A stretch of 60,766 bases of DNA, counting the filler, from Sphacelaria rigidula (Eukaryota): the NCBI GenBank assembly GCA_964200075.2. It is 10 parts of 10 records of this genome, joined end to end, with 100 filler letters (N's around TTAATTAATTAA, not from the genome) between each part and the next. Parts side by side here need not be neighbours in the genome. Positions count along the whole stretch, not along the records: positions 1 to 5,988 come from CAXNAA020022988.1; positions 6,089 to 12,075 come from CAXNAA020022989.1; 8 more parts are not named here. The stretch is one strand, 5' to 3'. The notes beneath the pieces are model-generated. The model made no database searches. It was given only the letters and a program-made list of their open reading frames with translations, and was not told where the DNA came from. Shown here in pieces: positions 1-12,000 of the stretch. The position numbers and the translations under genes are program-made. How positions within the stretch are numbered: the first letter of the stretch is position 1; every line of letters begins with the position of its first letter.

Positions 1-639
1 GTTGTTGTTGTTGTTGTTAACGGAAGAGAGAGTTGAGGGCAAGCGCGCGCGGGGGGGGGGGGGGGCAGGGGGGTCTGAGGTACCAAGATTCGACCCCTGG
101 GTGACTATTATAGCGATGGACAATGACTCAGTCTGCGAAAAAGGAGGCATTATTCGGGGGTAAGTGGGCCGCACGCACACACTGGTATACTATAAATAAG
201 TAAGATGAAAAATCAGGCGGATTACACCGCTTACATTTTCTTTTGGGGGGGGGGGGGGGGGACAACGCTTCGGTGACGGGATGTTTGCAGTGGTTTTTGA
301 CCGGGAAAAGGGAAAAATGGTATCCAACTTTTTTTGGAGCCAAAAAACAAAAAAAAAAAAAAAAAAAAAAAAAAAGGAAAAAGGCGGGCGGTGTCCCTCT
401 TTTTTGTGGGTTGGGGGGGGGGGGGGGGGGGGCGCAGACTGTTCAGTGCAGGGACGTTTGACATGGATTTCGACCGGCAAAGAGGAAATATCGTCATCAA
501 CTTTCTTAGGCACCTGGAATCACCCGTCGGAGAGGAGCCTAGTCCACTTTTGTTATTCGTGCCGCTTCGAGGTTTCGAGAATGGGCGCGGGATGAAACTC
601 CAGCTGGACATGAAAAAGTACGGGTTGACAAATGTTTTC

Positions 640-900
640 TGAGGTTAGAATTGTTAGGAGGAGCCCTTTATCTCATCCAAAACACGGCTTATGAAATATG
701 TGTGAGTACGCCAGGATTACTATTCCAATGTGCTACTCGTGGGGATATACCGAATTAACTTTCGATCGAATGGACATGCCCTGAGCCATGTTCTTGTGCA
801 CCTGGAATCGTTCGGAGTCCCTGAAGCAGACAGGATTTTGCGCAAAAAGCGCACGCCTACCGAAGCATTACTCCTTGCCCGAGGATTCTCGGTATGCTTT
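640..900 (+). repeat. Dispersed repeat (..ATCTCATCCAAAA..AAATATGTG(T/A)GAG(T/C)ACGCCA..); other copies at ~1555-1780 (+) and ~40490-40710 (-)
   Basis: Three diverged copies aligned by eye; boundaries approximate. Confidence 0.6.
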
Positions 901-1982
901 GGGTTGGCTTTGGGGCGAGGGTGGGCGTTATCTAAAAAAAGTGTCAACCATGGTGGGTTGGGCCTACGAACTGGGGTCAACCCACTTCGTCCCGATGGCA
1001 CCATACGGACGGTTTATCTCGGTGCTACTTGAAGGGAGGCGGGGAGAGACAGCATCATACAGCACCAAAGGTGCCTCGTGCGAGGACCCCAATAATCCGG
1101 TCGGAACACTTGCAGCTACATCACCACGTCTCCGCAACACTATTCTGATGTTTTATGTGCTTCTCTCCATCCTGGATCATCCACCCTGAATTGACAACAG
1201 ACCGCACACTCCTTCTTTCTTTTTCATGACTGATATTATTTTTTTTCGCATCAGGATTGTGTCTTTGCTTCCGTATCCGCCTCTCCTTTCCTCTCCTCTT
1301 CTTTCCCTTCCTCGCCTTTCCTTTCCCTTCCTCTCCCCTCCTCTCCTTCCCCCCCCCCCCTTTTTTTCATCTGCTTGCTATGCTTTTGCTCTTGTCTCTG
1401 TGATAATTTGTTTTCGTTCAGCTCTGTTCCTTTGTTCCACCCTTTTTACTTAATATAGGCTTTATACCCCTCCTCAAGTTTTCTTCGACGGATCTTCCCA
1501 TTCTGCTCATCACCGTTAGTAGTAACGTTCATTTTGTGACTACCGGAGCGGTGCCTCGGTAGGGGTGAACAAATATTGTCTAGGGATCGAACTGTTGAGA
1601 GCCCTCCATCTCATCCAAAAATCGACTTGTATATCAAATATGTGAGAGCACGCCACGGCTAGCAATCCAATGGGCTAGGGATCACCGGAATGACGTTTGA
1701 AGACGGGAGTGTCCTCACCCATATTATTGTGTAGCTCCTAACTTTAGGAGCTCTTGAAAGAGAAAAAAATCTGGGCCCCATCATTGCGCAACCCCTGCCA
1801 TATCATGACTCATCGTTGGATACATCGGGGATCAGATGGTGTGCGATAATAAATGAAATCAATCAATCAATTAATCCTTGGTGTTCGCCAAAATCCATGC
1901 CTGACTCGAGCGTATCTAGAAACGAACGATACAAATTTTAGAAATAATATTCGGGCGCGGTCAACGGTGGGGGGACAGCACG

Positions 1983-1990
<8 letters not shown>

Positions 1991-2045
<55 letters not shown>
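1991..2045. repeat. (CA)n microsatellite
   Basis: Read directly from the sequence. Confidence 0.95.
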
Positions 2046-2047
<2 letters not shown>

Positions 2048-2049
<2 letters not shown>

Positions 2050-2700
2050 CGGTCGCCCCTGTGGCCTCAGTTGGTATCCTCGAAACCTTCTGACGGCTGG
2101 GACGTGGCTTTGAATCTCGATGAAGTCATACAATACTTTTTCTTCTTTTTTCTCACACCATGTCCAACAGCGGGGAGCAACTCTTATATGTCGGGGGTAT
2201 ACAAGAAATTCAACTTCACGGTCCCTCCTCGCGATAAACAAGGAAGGCGCGAGCACAGCAGGAGATCTGGAGTACAAAAAAACAACATGTACATATACTT
2301 CGTATATTCCTGTGCTGACCGTTCTCCTGAGTGGCACCGGCTGATTGTTACTACTACTATTATTATCATCATTATCACTATCACTATCACCATCACCATC
2401 ACCATCACTATCACTATCACTATCACTATCACTATCACTATCACTATCACTATCACTATCATCATTATCATTATCATCATCATCATCATCATCATCATCA
2501 TTATTGTTATTATGTTCGTCACATTAGCTCGATCTCGAACCCGTGGTCACAGAGTGCGAGGAGCATACCACCCATACCTACAAATCAAACAGCCCGCAGA
2601 GGAAGGCAAGAAACAAAACATCTACACGAAAAATGCGGCCCACATATACCGAAAGATGTAAACTGGCGCACAGAATAGATGGGATGACAAAATGCACGAC
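2048..2700 (+). mobile_element. tRNA-derived SINE copy, interrupted by a minus-strand retroposon 3' end at ~2345-2633
   Basis: Head GCCGGTCGCCCC with A-box-like TGGCCTCAGTTGG and degenerate B box. Body and tail (CCCACATATACCGA..CTGGCGC..AGAATAGATGGGA) are collinear with the copies at 59420-59725 and 37190-37832. Confidence 0.75.
2345..2633 (-). mobile_element. Microsatellite-tailed non-LTR retroposon 3' end (tail read on + as ATC/ATCACT repeats, 2345-2512)
   Basis: Minus strand reads CTGTGACCACGG-GTTCGAGATCGAGC-TAATGTGA followed by a simple-repeat tail; homologous to 50662-50900. Confidence 0.65.
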
Positions 2701-2727
2701 ACACACGCACGCGCGCACCGCCCTTAC

Positions 2728-2894
2728 CGACGCGGAATTTTTTGGAGTCGGGGTCAAGCGCGTGGTAGTACATCCGAAACTCCTGTTGCTGGTGGTTGAT
2801 CACCACGGGCCATCCGACAAATAGCCTGTCCCACTCGCCGGCGCCTCCGACGTCTAGGCACGCTCCGCTTGGGTGGTCGCCCTCCACGCGGCAC
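2728..2894 (-). CDS. Internal exon of a five-bladed beta-propeller glycosyl-hydrolase-like protein (GH32/43/130-like fold)
   Basis: Polypyrimidine tract plus CAG acceptor at 2895-2897 and GTAAG donor at 2727. The peptide CRVEGDHPSGACLDVGGAGEWDRLFVGWPVVINHQQQEFRMYYHALD resembles, from recall, the plant propeller motif WARIEGEHHSGALFDVG..EWD.LF...P.VV.H....RMYYH. Confidence 0.8.
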
Positions 2895-3074
2895 CTGCGG
2901 GATAAAAAGAGGGGAAAAAAGGAAGGAAGGAAGGAAGGAAGGGACATCGTTCGCTTTGTAAACATTTTTTTTTCAATTTCTCCACGGGAGCTTCTCGGTT
3001 GGATATTCTTTTAATTTTTCAACAAATAGCTCCAGTCCGCTTTTTTTGTCCCTTTTTTTCTTCGTGTTTTGTCA

Positions 3075-3225
3075 TGCCGCGCTTAGCAAAAGCTTGCATC
3101 CTCACAACAACCCGCAATTCTCAATACACTGCGACGATTAGACTCGGCTTTCTTGGGGCATGGTGTGGACGGTGGCCGCTGTTCCACTGTAATTGGAGAC
3201 GGGGGTCAAGTTTCCCACACCCTGG
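3075..3225 (+). repeat. Dispersed repeat with an inverted partner at ~5370-5555
   Basis: GCTTGCATCCTCACAAC..GGGGCATGGTGT..GTGGCCG..GGTCAAG matches the reverse complement of 5370-5555. Confidence 0.6.
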
Positions 3226-4823
3226 ATGATGATATTAGACTACACTATCAAAAAGTGTACTGCGTAGAATATCGACAACTCCATTGCAATAGAAAACAGA
3301 TTATATACTGTACGCAGAGCAACTTCTTCACCATGTAGTCTATCGTCATTAACGAGAGTGTAAAGCTTTCACACCGCTTGTGCCCCAATTGAAATTCCCG
3401 AAATCAAATGGTGTTTTGTCGGGTTCGATTGTTTGTAAACCCGGGGTATTTTAGCCGGATATCACCCGAATCCGATGGTTTTGTGAGTTCTGGAACCTTC
3501 TCATACCGTTACCCGATAGTTCTGTAGGATCTTTACAAAAAAAATTACCCTGACCCGGGGTACGGGTATATACATTTGTAGAAATATCCAATTGCGGGTA
3601 AGGATTTCTGTAGAACCTCCACATCGTTCCCGACAGGTTCTGTGAACTATCACTGTAGAAGTTTCATACCAGTACCGCACAGCACTGTAAGTTCTGCAAG
3701 AAATTTGGTACCCTACCGAACACACCCGTACCCTATATACAACACAAGCTGTGAAATTGAACTATCAAGGTTGTGTTCTGCAGGGTATATCGGCTGAAAT
3801 CCGGGTATTTAGACCATTTTAAACGGCAGTCACAAAACTCGATCTGTACGCAGATCGGGGGAGCTCAAATTGGGAAACGCCTGTTATGAATTCCCATTTG
3901 GCCCAAATTGGGGAAGCTCAGATCCGTATGTCACGATTTGAAAACGATTTTCCCCGAATCTGAGCGCAAATCGGGGGAAATCGAGGTCCTCTGAATATGT
4001 AGGAAGTGACGTACGTATATTGACGTACGTTGAAAAGGCAGAAGGCGTGTGATATTTTTGGAATTACAGCAGCAGACAGCCTCGTAACAGCACAGGCCGC
4101 GCCTGCCAGCGCCAGCTGCTGAAGCAGCTTCGCACGGGATTTGACAAGCGGATAAGAAGTCATGTCGCCGTACCCTGCCGCGGTGGTAATGTATTATGCT
4201 GCACTGCGCTGCTGCATGTGTTTCCATAACAAATGTTACTACTCGTTGCTGTCGCTGTACTTGCGAGGTAATGAGTGGCACTGCACTCATGAATTCTTGT
4301 CGCATACTGTGCATTGTCCCGAAATACCGACTGTACCATCATGTATTACCACCGCACGGCATTATCGTGTGCTGTGATTATGGAGTGTACTGCACTGCAT
4401 TATACCCTACGGTACCACGGTACGACGCTGCTCTTGAGGGATGATCCACTGCATCCCTGTTCTTCGGCTTCACTGTCTGCGATACCGCACCCTTGCAGAA
4501 AATAAACCCCCGTGTACAGACCTCGTTCAACAAACGTGTAAAACAAAGTGGGGTACACACGGATTCGAGTTTCGCCAATCTCAGTCCCCCCCAATTTGGC
4601 ATAGATTGGAGTCCCGCCAGAGTCGGGATTGGTCCCCTTGAAAAATGGTCTTACAGAAGTAAAAAACAGCAATTTTTAATCGGCAAATACCATTGCGAAA
4701 CCGTACCGGAGTGTTTGGAACATGACTCCGTATCCTTCCGAACCATACCAGAATCTACGCTATACATTTCGGTGTGTGTGGAGATCGCCATTTTGGCATG
4801 TGCGTAGATATTTCCTTTTATGA

Positions 4824-5071
4824 GACACTTTCTACGGTAGCCCCCCCTCAAACGTGCATGGTTTTGGGTGGCAAAATCTTCACGTAAATCCAAATGGGGA
4901 TAGCCGAGCACAACGAGCAGCTGGAAATTCCCACGCTTGGGTTCGTTCTAGCCAATGTCGCCAATATGGCGCGCTTCACGCAGCCTGAACCCAAATATAA
5001 GGCGCTGTAGGGGCTTTTTCTTCGTAACGCTTTTTGGCTGGTTTTAGGAGGGGGCTATCGTAGAAAGTGTC
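4824..5071 (+). mobile_element. MITE family A (TIR GACACTTTCTACGRTAGCCCCC), 4-bp TSD ATGA
   Basis: TIRs at both ends; ATGA at 4820-4823 and 5072-5075; two further copies in the window. Confidence 0.9.
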
Positions 5072-5831
5072 ATGACGTGTAATCTAGTGAACGGCTGTTA
5101 CGGGGGTGGTTTCCGGGACCCCCAAAACTCTCATGTCTGTACAGCCGGATCTAGGACCCCAAGGCCCACGACTTACGGTCGATCCTTGACTACGTAACAA
5201 GAGGAAAATCATCGTCCACCTTCGACGGTTGCTACCGTCACCGGGGGTCTCACGACCTCCACATATGGTTGAGTATACCAACCAGAAACCCCCCCAACTC
5301 CGGGGTATACCCTATGGAACATAACCTTGGAGTTTTTCAGGATGTCGCAGCGGCGCGCAAACGGTATGAAAGCTTGACCTCTGTCACCAACTACAGCAGC
5401 GAGACGGCCACGATCAACACCATGCCCCGATACCAAACGTGCTGCTGCATTTAGTTGTACGTGTGTCGGTACGCTGTGCAAGAGAGCTGAGTGTAGTCAT
5501 TGCTATGTGTGAAGAGTTGCGGGTTGTGAGGATGCGAGCTTCGGCTCAGCACGGCAGATGACGAGACACAGAAAAACAAAGGGGGGGGTACAACACGTCG
5601 ATTGAAGTCTTCAAGAACAAAAAAAATCAATGGAGAAACAAAAGTATACGTCTTTACACAAGAAGTGGCCTAACCAAAGTGACGAAAATAAAAAGAAAGA
5701 GACAAGAAAAATTAGGATAGAGCAAGTAACCGAGCAATCGAGCTGCCAAACCAAGCAGGTATGAACCCAGTATCAAAGATAAACATCTGTGTTGTCTCGG
5801 GAACGTACGTCCATCATGTGGATAATTACCA

Positions 5832-5932
5832 CGACTGGGTCATGACTCCTGGGGATGTACTCATGATCATGCGTGCCATAGTCCATTGCACGCATGATCA
5901 TGAGTACATCCCCAGGAGTCATGACCCAGTCG
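5832..5932. repeat. Perfect palindrome with 45-bp arms and an 11-nt loop
   Basis: 5832-5876 is the exact reverse complement of 5888-5932. Confidence 0.9.
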
Positions 5933-5988
5933 GGGGGGGGGGGGGGGGGGAAAAAAAATAAAACTTGCAAAAAAAAAAAAACAATAAA

Positions 5989-6088
5989 NNNNNNNNNNNN
6001 NNNNNNNNNNNNNNNNNNNNNNNNNNNNNNNNTTAATTAATTAANNNNNNNNNNNNNNNNNNNNNNNNNNNNNNNNNNNNNNNNNNNN
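5989..6088. other. Artificial 100-bp scaffold spacer N44-TTAATTAATTAA-N44; also at 12076-12175, 18163-18262, 24250-24349, 30337-30436, 36423-36522, 42509-42608, 48595-48694 and 54681-54780
   Basis: Nine identical spacers. The linker gives stop codons in all six frames, and the intervening pieces never increase in length (5988 down to 5986 bp). Confidence 0.98.
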
Positions 6089-9000
6089 GTCGATCCTGAG
6101 GTGTTTTGAACTACGGCGCGGTCCTCTAAGCACGCGGTCCTCTCACGCATTTAATGCAACCGCTTGTAGCGATTTATGAGAAACTCCTCCACTCCTTTTT
6201 CACTGTTCTCCTGCTGCTTTCGACACCATATCACAATTCAACCGCTGGAGTCCCTACTGACTGTGACTTCACGACTCACATCACCATCGAACTCCTTTTC
6301 TACACGCGCATGTCTGTGTTCGATTGTGTCTTCCCCGTATTCCAAAAAAACAAAACTACCAGAAAACCCTACCTCCCCTCACCTTACACCACACACACCC
6401 CACCCGCCCAAGGAGAAAAGTATAAAAAAGAGATTCCCCACACTACTTATTCTTGACCACAACAAACGTATTTGTGTACAAAGCACAGCGCATGAGATGC
6501 GGGCAGCCATCAGCGCACAAAAGCAAATAGATGAAACGATATCTTGACTAAAGGTGTGCGATAGGTTCTTTGTCTCGTAAGTTAGGGCCTAGAGCCTATG
6601 GGACTACAAGGAGCGTTCACCTCAACGGCGTATATACACGACACTACAGCTGGTGCCGTTGGATTGATAGAACGTACGTAGGGGAAGCCGATGGAGACGA
6701 AAACACGACGTATATTTTTGGTTCTTAATCAGGTCAACAATGACCTATTTTGGGCATATTCTGGAAATAGTTAGGATAATCAAATTCCAGCGATGAGGAG
6801 GACAACGCACCTTCACGATTGAAGATATCGGCATTGTTCTCGTTTTCGGACACCAGAATAGGTTCAAAGCATGGCCATTTTCAGGCAACTGACTTCTTGC
6901 CGGCCGTTCGGCCGCATGGTAAAAACGATGATGAGAACAGAGAAAGAAAATTGGCTTCAACTCGAAAAACGCGAAATAAAACAAATGAACGACCCTACGA
7001 AGGGCTCGTGTAATCCACAGGCCCAAACTTGTGGGATAGAAAGACAGTATTACTTGCTTTGGTGGGGAAGTTTTTTTATGCTGTCTACACTTCAACGACT
7101 GCCAACCCCAATTTGGCATTATTGTGCGGACCCATTTGCTTACCGCACACATGGCACCGGTCCTTGTCTACCCAGAAGTACCATCCTGGGACGTCCTCGA
7201 AGGGCAGTTTCTCCGGCGGGTTGATGTCGAGCCGATATTTAGTTTTCGTCCTGATCAGCACTTTTACCAAGAAGCCCAACGCCTCTTGGGACAGGTTCGT
7301 ACCCGGAGTTGACAGCGCCATGTCCAGTGCCACGATGACACCCCCCCCGCACCCACCCAGTAATAATGAGGATCGTGCGCCATAGTCATGATGGCCACCA
7401 GTAGCAATGGCAGACATGACCGGACGATGTTGCGGGGGACGATCGTGATGAGTGGGGCAAGCGACACTATTGGAGTTGTCGAGAGTGCCACAAGTATTTT
7501 CCTTGGTGTTGTCCTCGTCGCTGTCCTTGGTGTTGTCTTTGTCGTGACTGATGGTTGTGTGATTGTGCAGACGATGACGTACTAGGGTGGTTGTGGTTGC
7601 ATGGGAATTTATTTGATTTTTTTTCGTCGTTGTCACTTTAGGTAGGGCGAGGTCTGATTGAAGGACCGAGAACGAATATTTGCGTATACAGTGCAATTGT
7701 TTTATCAGTTCTGTCCTCAGAATTATACCCGACCTTTGCATGGGGCCGGGGGGGCGTAGGGACGCGGGGGGGGGGGCTCTGAATTCAGGTAGTTCAGCAA
7801 CGAGGCGCAGTCAGGCTTTATAAACTTCACGTGTTGAGGGTATACATGATGCTGGACTCGAGGCAAGGGTCTCCGCTGTCTTCGAAATATCGATACGAGT
7901 CAATCCCGAGTCAAGAAAATTGAAATGAGTTGAACAGTTGAAAACGTGAGGCTACTGAGCTCTGGGGGTACCTGGAAACCACGCAGGCCTGGGAGTGGAA
8001 ATGGTTTACGAAGAGATCTGTTCCCCTTACTACTTCTACATCCACGTTGGCTTACTCCTCCTCCTGTAGCTAGTAATAATGAAGCTGCTTGCAGAGATAT
8101 TCTTCGTAAAAAATTGCTTTCACGGTGACTTTCGGCCAATGTGGAAAATACTATCTGGATGCTACATGAGACAGCACGCACGCGCGCGCGCGGGGCGGGG
8201 TGCATTCATGATCTTCCATGCCGTGGTCACGCGACTAGGAAGCGGGTTGAGGAAGTAACTGCATGAGAGACGCACGCCCATCCACTGGTGTCTGCACACA
8301 GGAGCTTGTCGGTGGATATCTTTATTGGCTATCAAAAGTAGCCCAAATTTCCCTCATCATATCGGCTGTGTGTATTCAGCTGTAGCGTAGTCTCCATCAG
8401 ATACTTCAATCAGATGAGCCATGCAGGGCCCCGAGGTGCGATCGTTTTTTAAACATCTTCGCTCCTGACTTTTCCCCCTACCCCGATGTGATAACTCCGA
8501 TGGGTGCGTTGACTCCGCGACATCGCGGAGCGAATATCGAACAGGATCATTTTGTTCTTTTTTTCGCACTCCCGATGCGTTAACTCCGATGGGTGCGTGA
8601 CTGAATAAAATCGGCCTCACTGGTGGATAGTACGGCGCTGTGTACAGGATCCGCGCAAGAGCATACTGACGCAAGTATGTAACACCACACCTAACGCAGA
8701 CAGGCGGGGATAAAAAAAACCTGCCGGCGTATATCTGCCTGTACAGGTAGATTCACAGAACCTGCCTGTACCATAGCACCAGTTCCACAACACGTTCGAG
8801 TAGACCCGCCAGTCTAAGGAGAACACATTTTTCGATGGAGACGACGCATCATGATGCAAACAGACCACGACATGTACACGCACAACAGTACTAACAGACC
8901 ACAACACACACACACACACACACACACGAACCTCACCAGCAGCCCTTCAAGTCATTGTACACGCTTGGCCGACAGGCAATTCAGCTGCTGCTCATGTATG

Positions 9001-12000
9001 TACAGATGGGTTGTTCTTGGTAAATACTCCTCAGACAGTCAGTACAGCAACATTGCTCGCAACACAGACCATTCAAGCGTGTATTACTGTTCATAAAGCC
9101 CTAGGCAAAACAAATTTTACAGTCTGCGCAGATGAAGGATAAAATAACTCGCACTGCTCTTCTTTTTGTATCCATTACAATCGCTGCACCCGAGTGGTCG
9201 AAGTATCATGGCAGGAGGCTTCAGTAATGGGGGCCATGCGGTCCAGTTCCGACGGATGGTGTTCGAAACCATCTACTCATGTTTGTACAAACTGTTCGTT
9301 TCCGGTACATACTTACTGTACATGCTGTAATGCGTGAGAGGACCGCGTGCTTAGAGGATCGCATCGGAATTTGAACATCCCCATGATTATGCAGTGTTAT
9401 TCGTTTTCAATATTATGGAGGCGGTGTGTTGGTCATATAAATAATCCGAAACGGCAAGACACTATGAGACGGTCATGCTCCAAGGCCTAACATACGATGC
9501 AGAAGGGAACAGACGAGTTTGGGGAAAAGGGCTCCACATCAGCCCGGATAACTGGCACCACAGAGGTCGAGCACGCATATCTCAGCGGGAGGGGGCTAGA
9601 AGGTATGTCGCTGAGTGGTTGCGATGCATTCATTGTTCGATATATGTACGTCGCGGCTGCGACGACAATGCAACGCAATGATCGCCTGTGGTCCGCGTAC
9701 TCTGACGGCATGCCGCCTCTACTGTACGAGGTAGGCCATGAGTGCGGCGAAGAGTAGGCATATATAGAGAGGGTGCAACGTCTTCGCTGCTGTGCGGTGC
9801 GCCGTACCACGCATCGGCGCATGTCACCATGCTACAGTTCCTCATGCACACCGTGCACTTGTGATTCCCCGTGTGTGTTTGCTGCGAGTTGAAGACGACC
9901 CGAGGTTGACATTACTCCCTCATGTTGAGCATGACTGCTCTCTGACACTGCTGTAGGTGGTGCAGTATAGTCTGTAGAGATTACGTCTTCGTGAGTACAG
10001 GTTGATTGATGGTATTGTAACACCCCCTCGGAACATATGCTGTGGTGCTCATATGAGTTAGGATTAGGTAGCGCGAATCCCACGCCACAACGTGTAGCAC
10101 GGCCTGTGCTTTAGTGACACTGGCTCTTATTTCCTGCTGCATGCATCACGCGTGGACGGGTGGCCTCATGCAACATCCCGTTTGTAGGTGCCCACGAGAT
10201 GTTGCCCCGCGATCGCACGGCGACGATTGCGGTATCAGTGAGTTGAACACGAATAGAGAAGATATAAGGATGTAACTTTTGCGGTCATATCGCTGTGCAG
10301 GGCGACAGCGGCCCCCTCACCGATGTACGGGCGCGTGTGTCACCCCGCCTGTCCTCTGCAGCTGAAATTAGGATATGTATCCATATCTGACGGTGATTAA
10401 CACCCCGTCATGAAAACGGTTCGAAGGTTTACGGGCGGGATAGTCCCGACATGTAGACACCAGCGCTTCTGTCCAGTCGCCTTCCTCCATTTATGCCACC
10501 ATTGTTACGTGAAGAGGTGTGATGGCAGGGAATGAAAAGGGTGCAAGTACAATTTGGGTATGATTGAAGCCATCATTGTAAATCACGGTGGACATTTGCA
10601 TTGTGCATGACACCCCGCAACATGCAACGTTAGCATCCGCTCCGGTTCGTGTAAATATCCTGGGTTCCTCAATCAACTGCTGGTGATTGCGAAGCACCAT
10701 GTTCCCCACGAAGTTAGATTCCGATAACCGATGTGTTGGGGTCTCCGTGGAAAATTTGAATGAAGGGGGGTTGACGCGAACAAATGAGGTCCGAAATGAA
10801 ATTTGGTGTGGTGGAATCTTCGTAATCCGGCAACGAAAAAATCGTTCAGTGCGCCGAAATGTTGATTGTGCCTACCCTGATTGTGTGGCATGTGGTAGTT
10901 CTCAATAGCTACCTGTCGGCGAAGGAAGTCACCATATTTAGCTTGAGCATAGTATGAGTGCAGCATGCAGCGCATGGCAGTCATGTTTTTTTCGAGTTTT
11001 CCGCACGGCAGTAAACGTAGCCCGTGGTGTAGGTTCCGTTTAGGGTCTGTACCACGCACGACGAGTTCCGTGCAGTATGGAAATGTGCAACCGGGTATCT
11101 CTCGTGGGGGCTGCTGTACGGACTGTGTTGTGCCGAATATGCCGCAATTATTGCTGCGACTCATGATAATAAATTACTGTTGGAGTTGCTTGACGGGTTG
11201 CACGTCCTGCCTGCATGTTTGACATACAGTCCGTGCGGCGATCATGATCCACTCCCCGCGCCGGATCTTACTCGTGCTGCTTCTGCTCCTACCGTGTGCG
11301 ACGTGGAGCGCAGGTGGAAAGGATTGGAGCGGTTGCCAGCTCCAGCAGCAGGAGCGGTACACCCCCTGCGCGCCCGGCTGTATGGCGGCAGATGAGAGGA
11401 GGGACGCGGCGCGGTCTAATCGTGATGCCACTTTCGGCGATGAACCATCGCCGGGGATCAACAGCGACGGCACACCGGTCGCCGGCGAGCGCCCACCGTC
11501 GTTGGCCGGCGGCTCCTGCCGACGCAGTCGCCGACAGTCTGCCGCGCGAGAAGGATGTAGCGGGGATATGCTGCCGGAATTTCTGTTGGGGGGGCAACGG
11601 CCAACGCCACCTACCTCCACAAAAGAACCGCGCGCTGGGCAGGCCGACGTGCAAACCCCCAAAAGATGGAAACGGGTAGCGCTGTCATGCGGAAAGGCGG
11701 CTGGTGTACAAGTGACGGGGGCGACAGCGCGCCTCTGACGAAGCAGAATGTGGTGTTCAGACTGTCGCCGCATGCTCTCCTCATGCAGGAGGGGCGAGTC
11801 AGGTTTCTGAAGTGTCAATGTAAGCCAGACACGGCTGCGAGGCACAAATGCAAGAACTAACAAACAATTCTATAAAATGAGGTTCATCAATTAGATGAGG
11901 TTCGAGCCCAAAACAGTACTTTCTCCCCACTTTCAGCGATGGTGCTCAATGACTTTTTTGTCGGCCTAATGCCCCTCGATCGCGTAGATACTTTTTCAGC

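Noticed and set aside
2071..2678. Long ORFs with poly-I/T, poly-H/Y or poly-S/L (also 50639-50921, 52277-52485, 190-642)
   Set aside because: They are translations of microsatellites and homopolymers.
6033..6044. Regularly spaced TTAATTAATTAA motif as a biological repeat or CRISPR-like array
   Set aside because: It is always embedded in N runs and is an assembly linker.
11174..11863. Overlapping GC-rich ORFs of 120-229 aa
   Set aside because: Open in several frames because of GC content; no recognisable motif or clear splice sites. An exon cannot be excluded.
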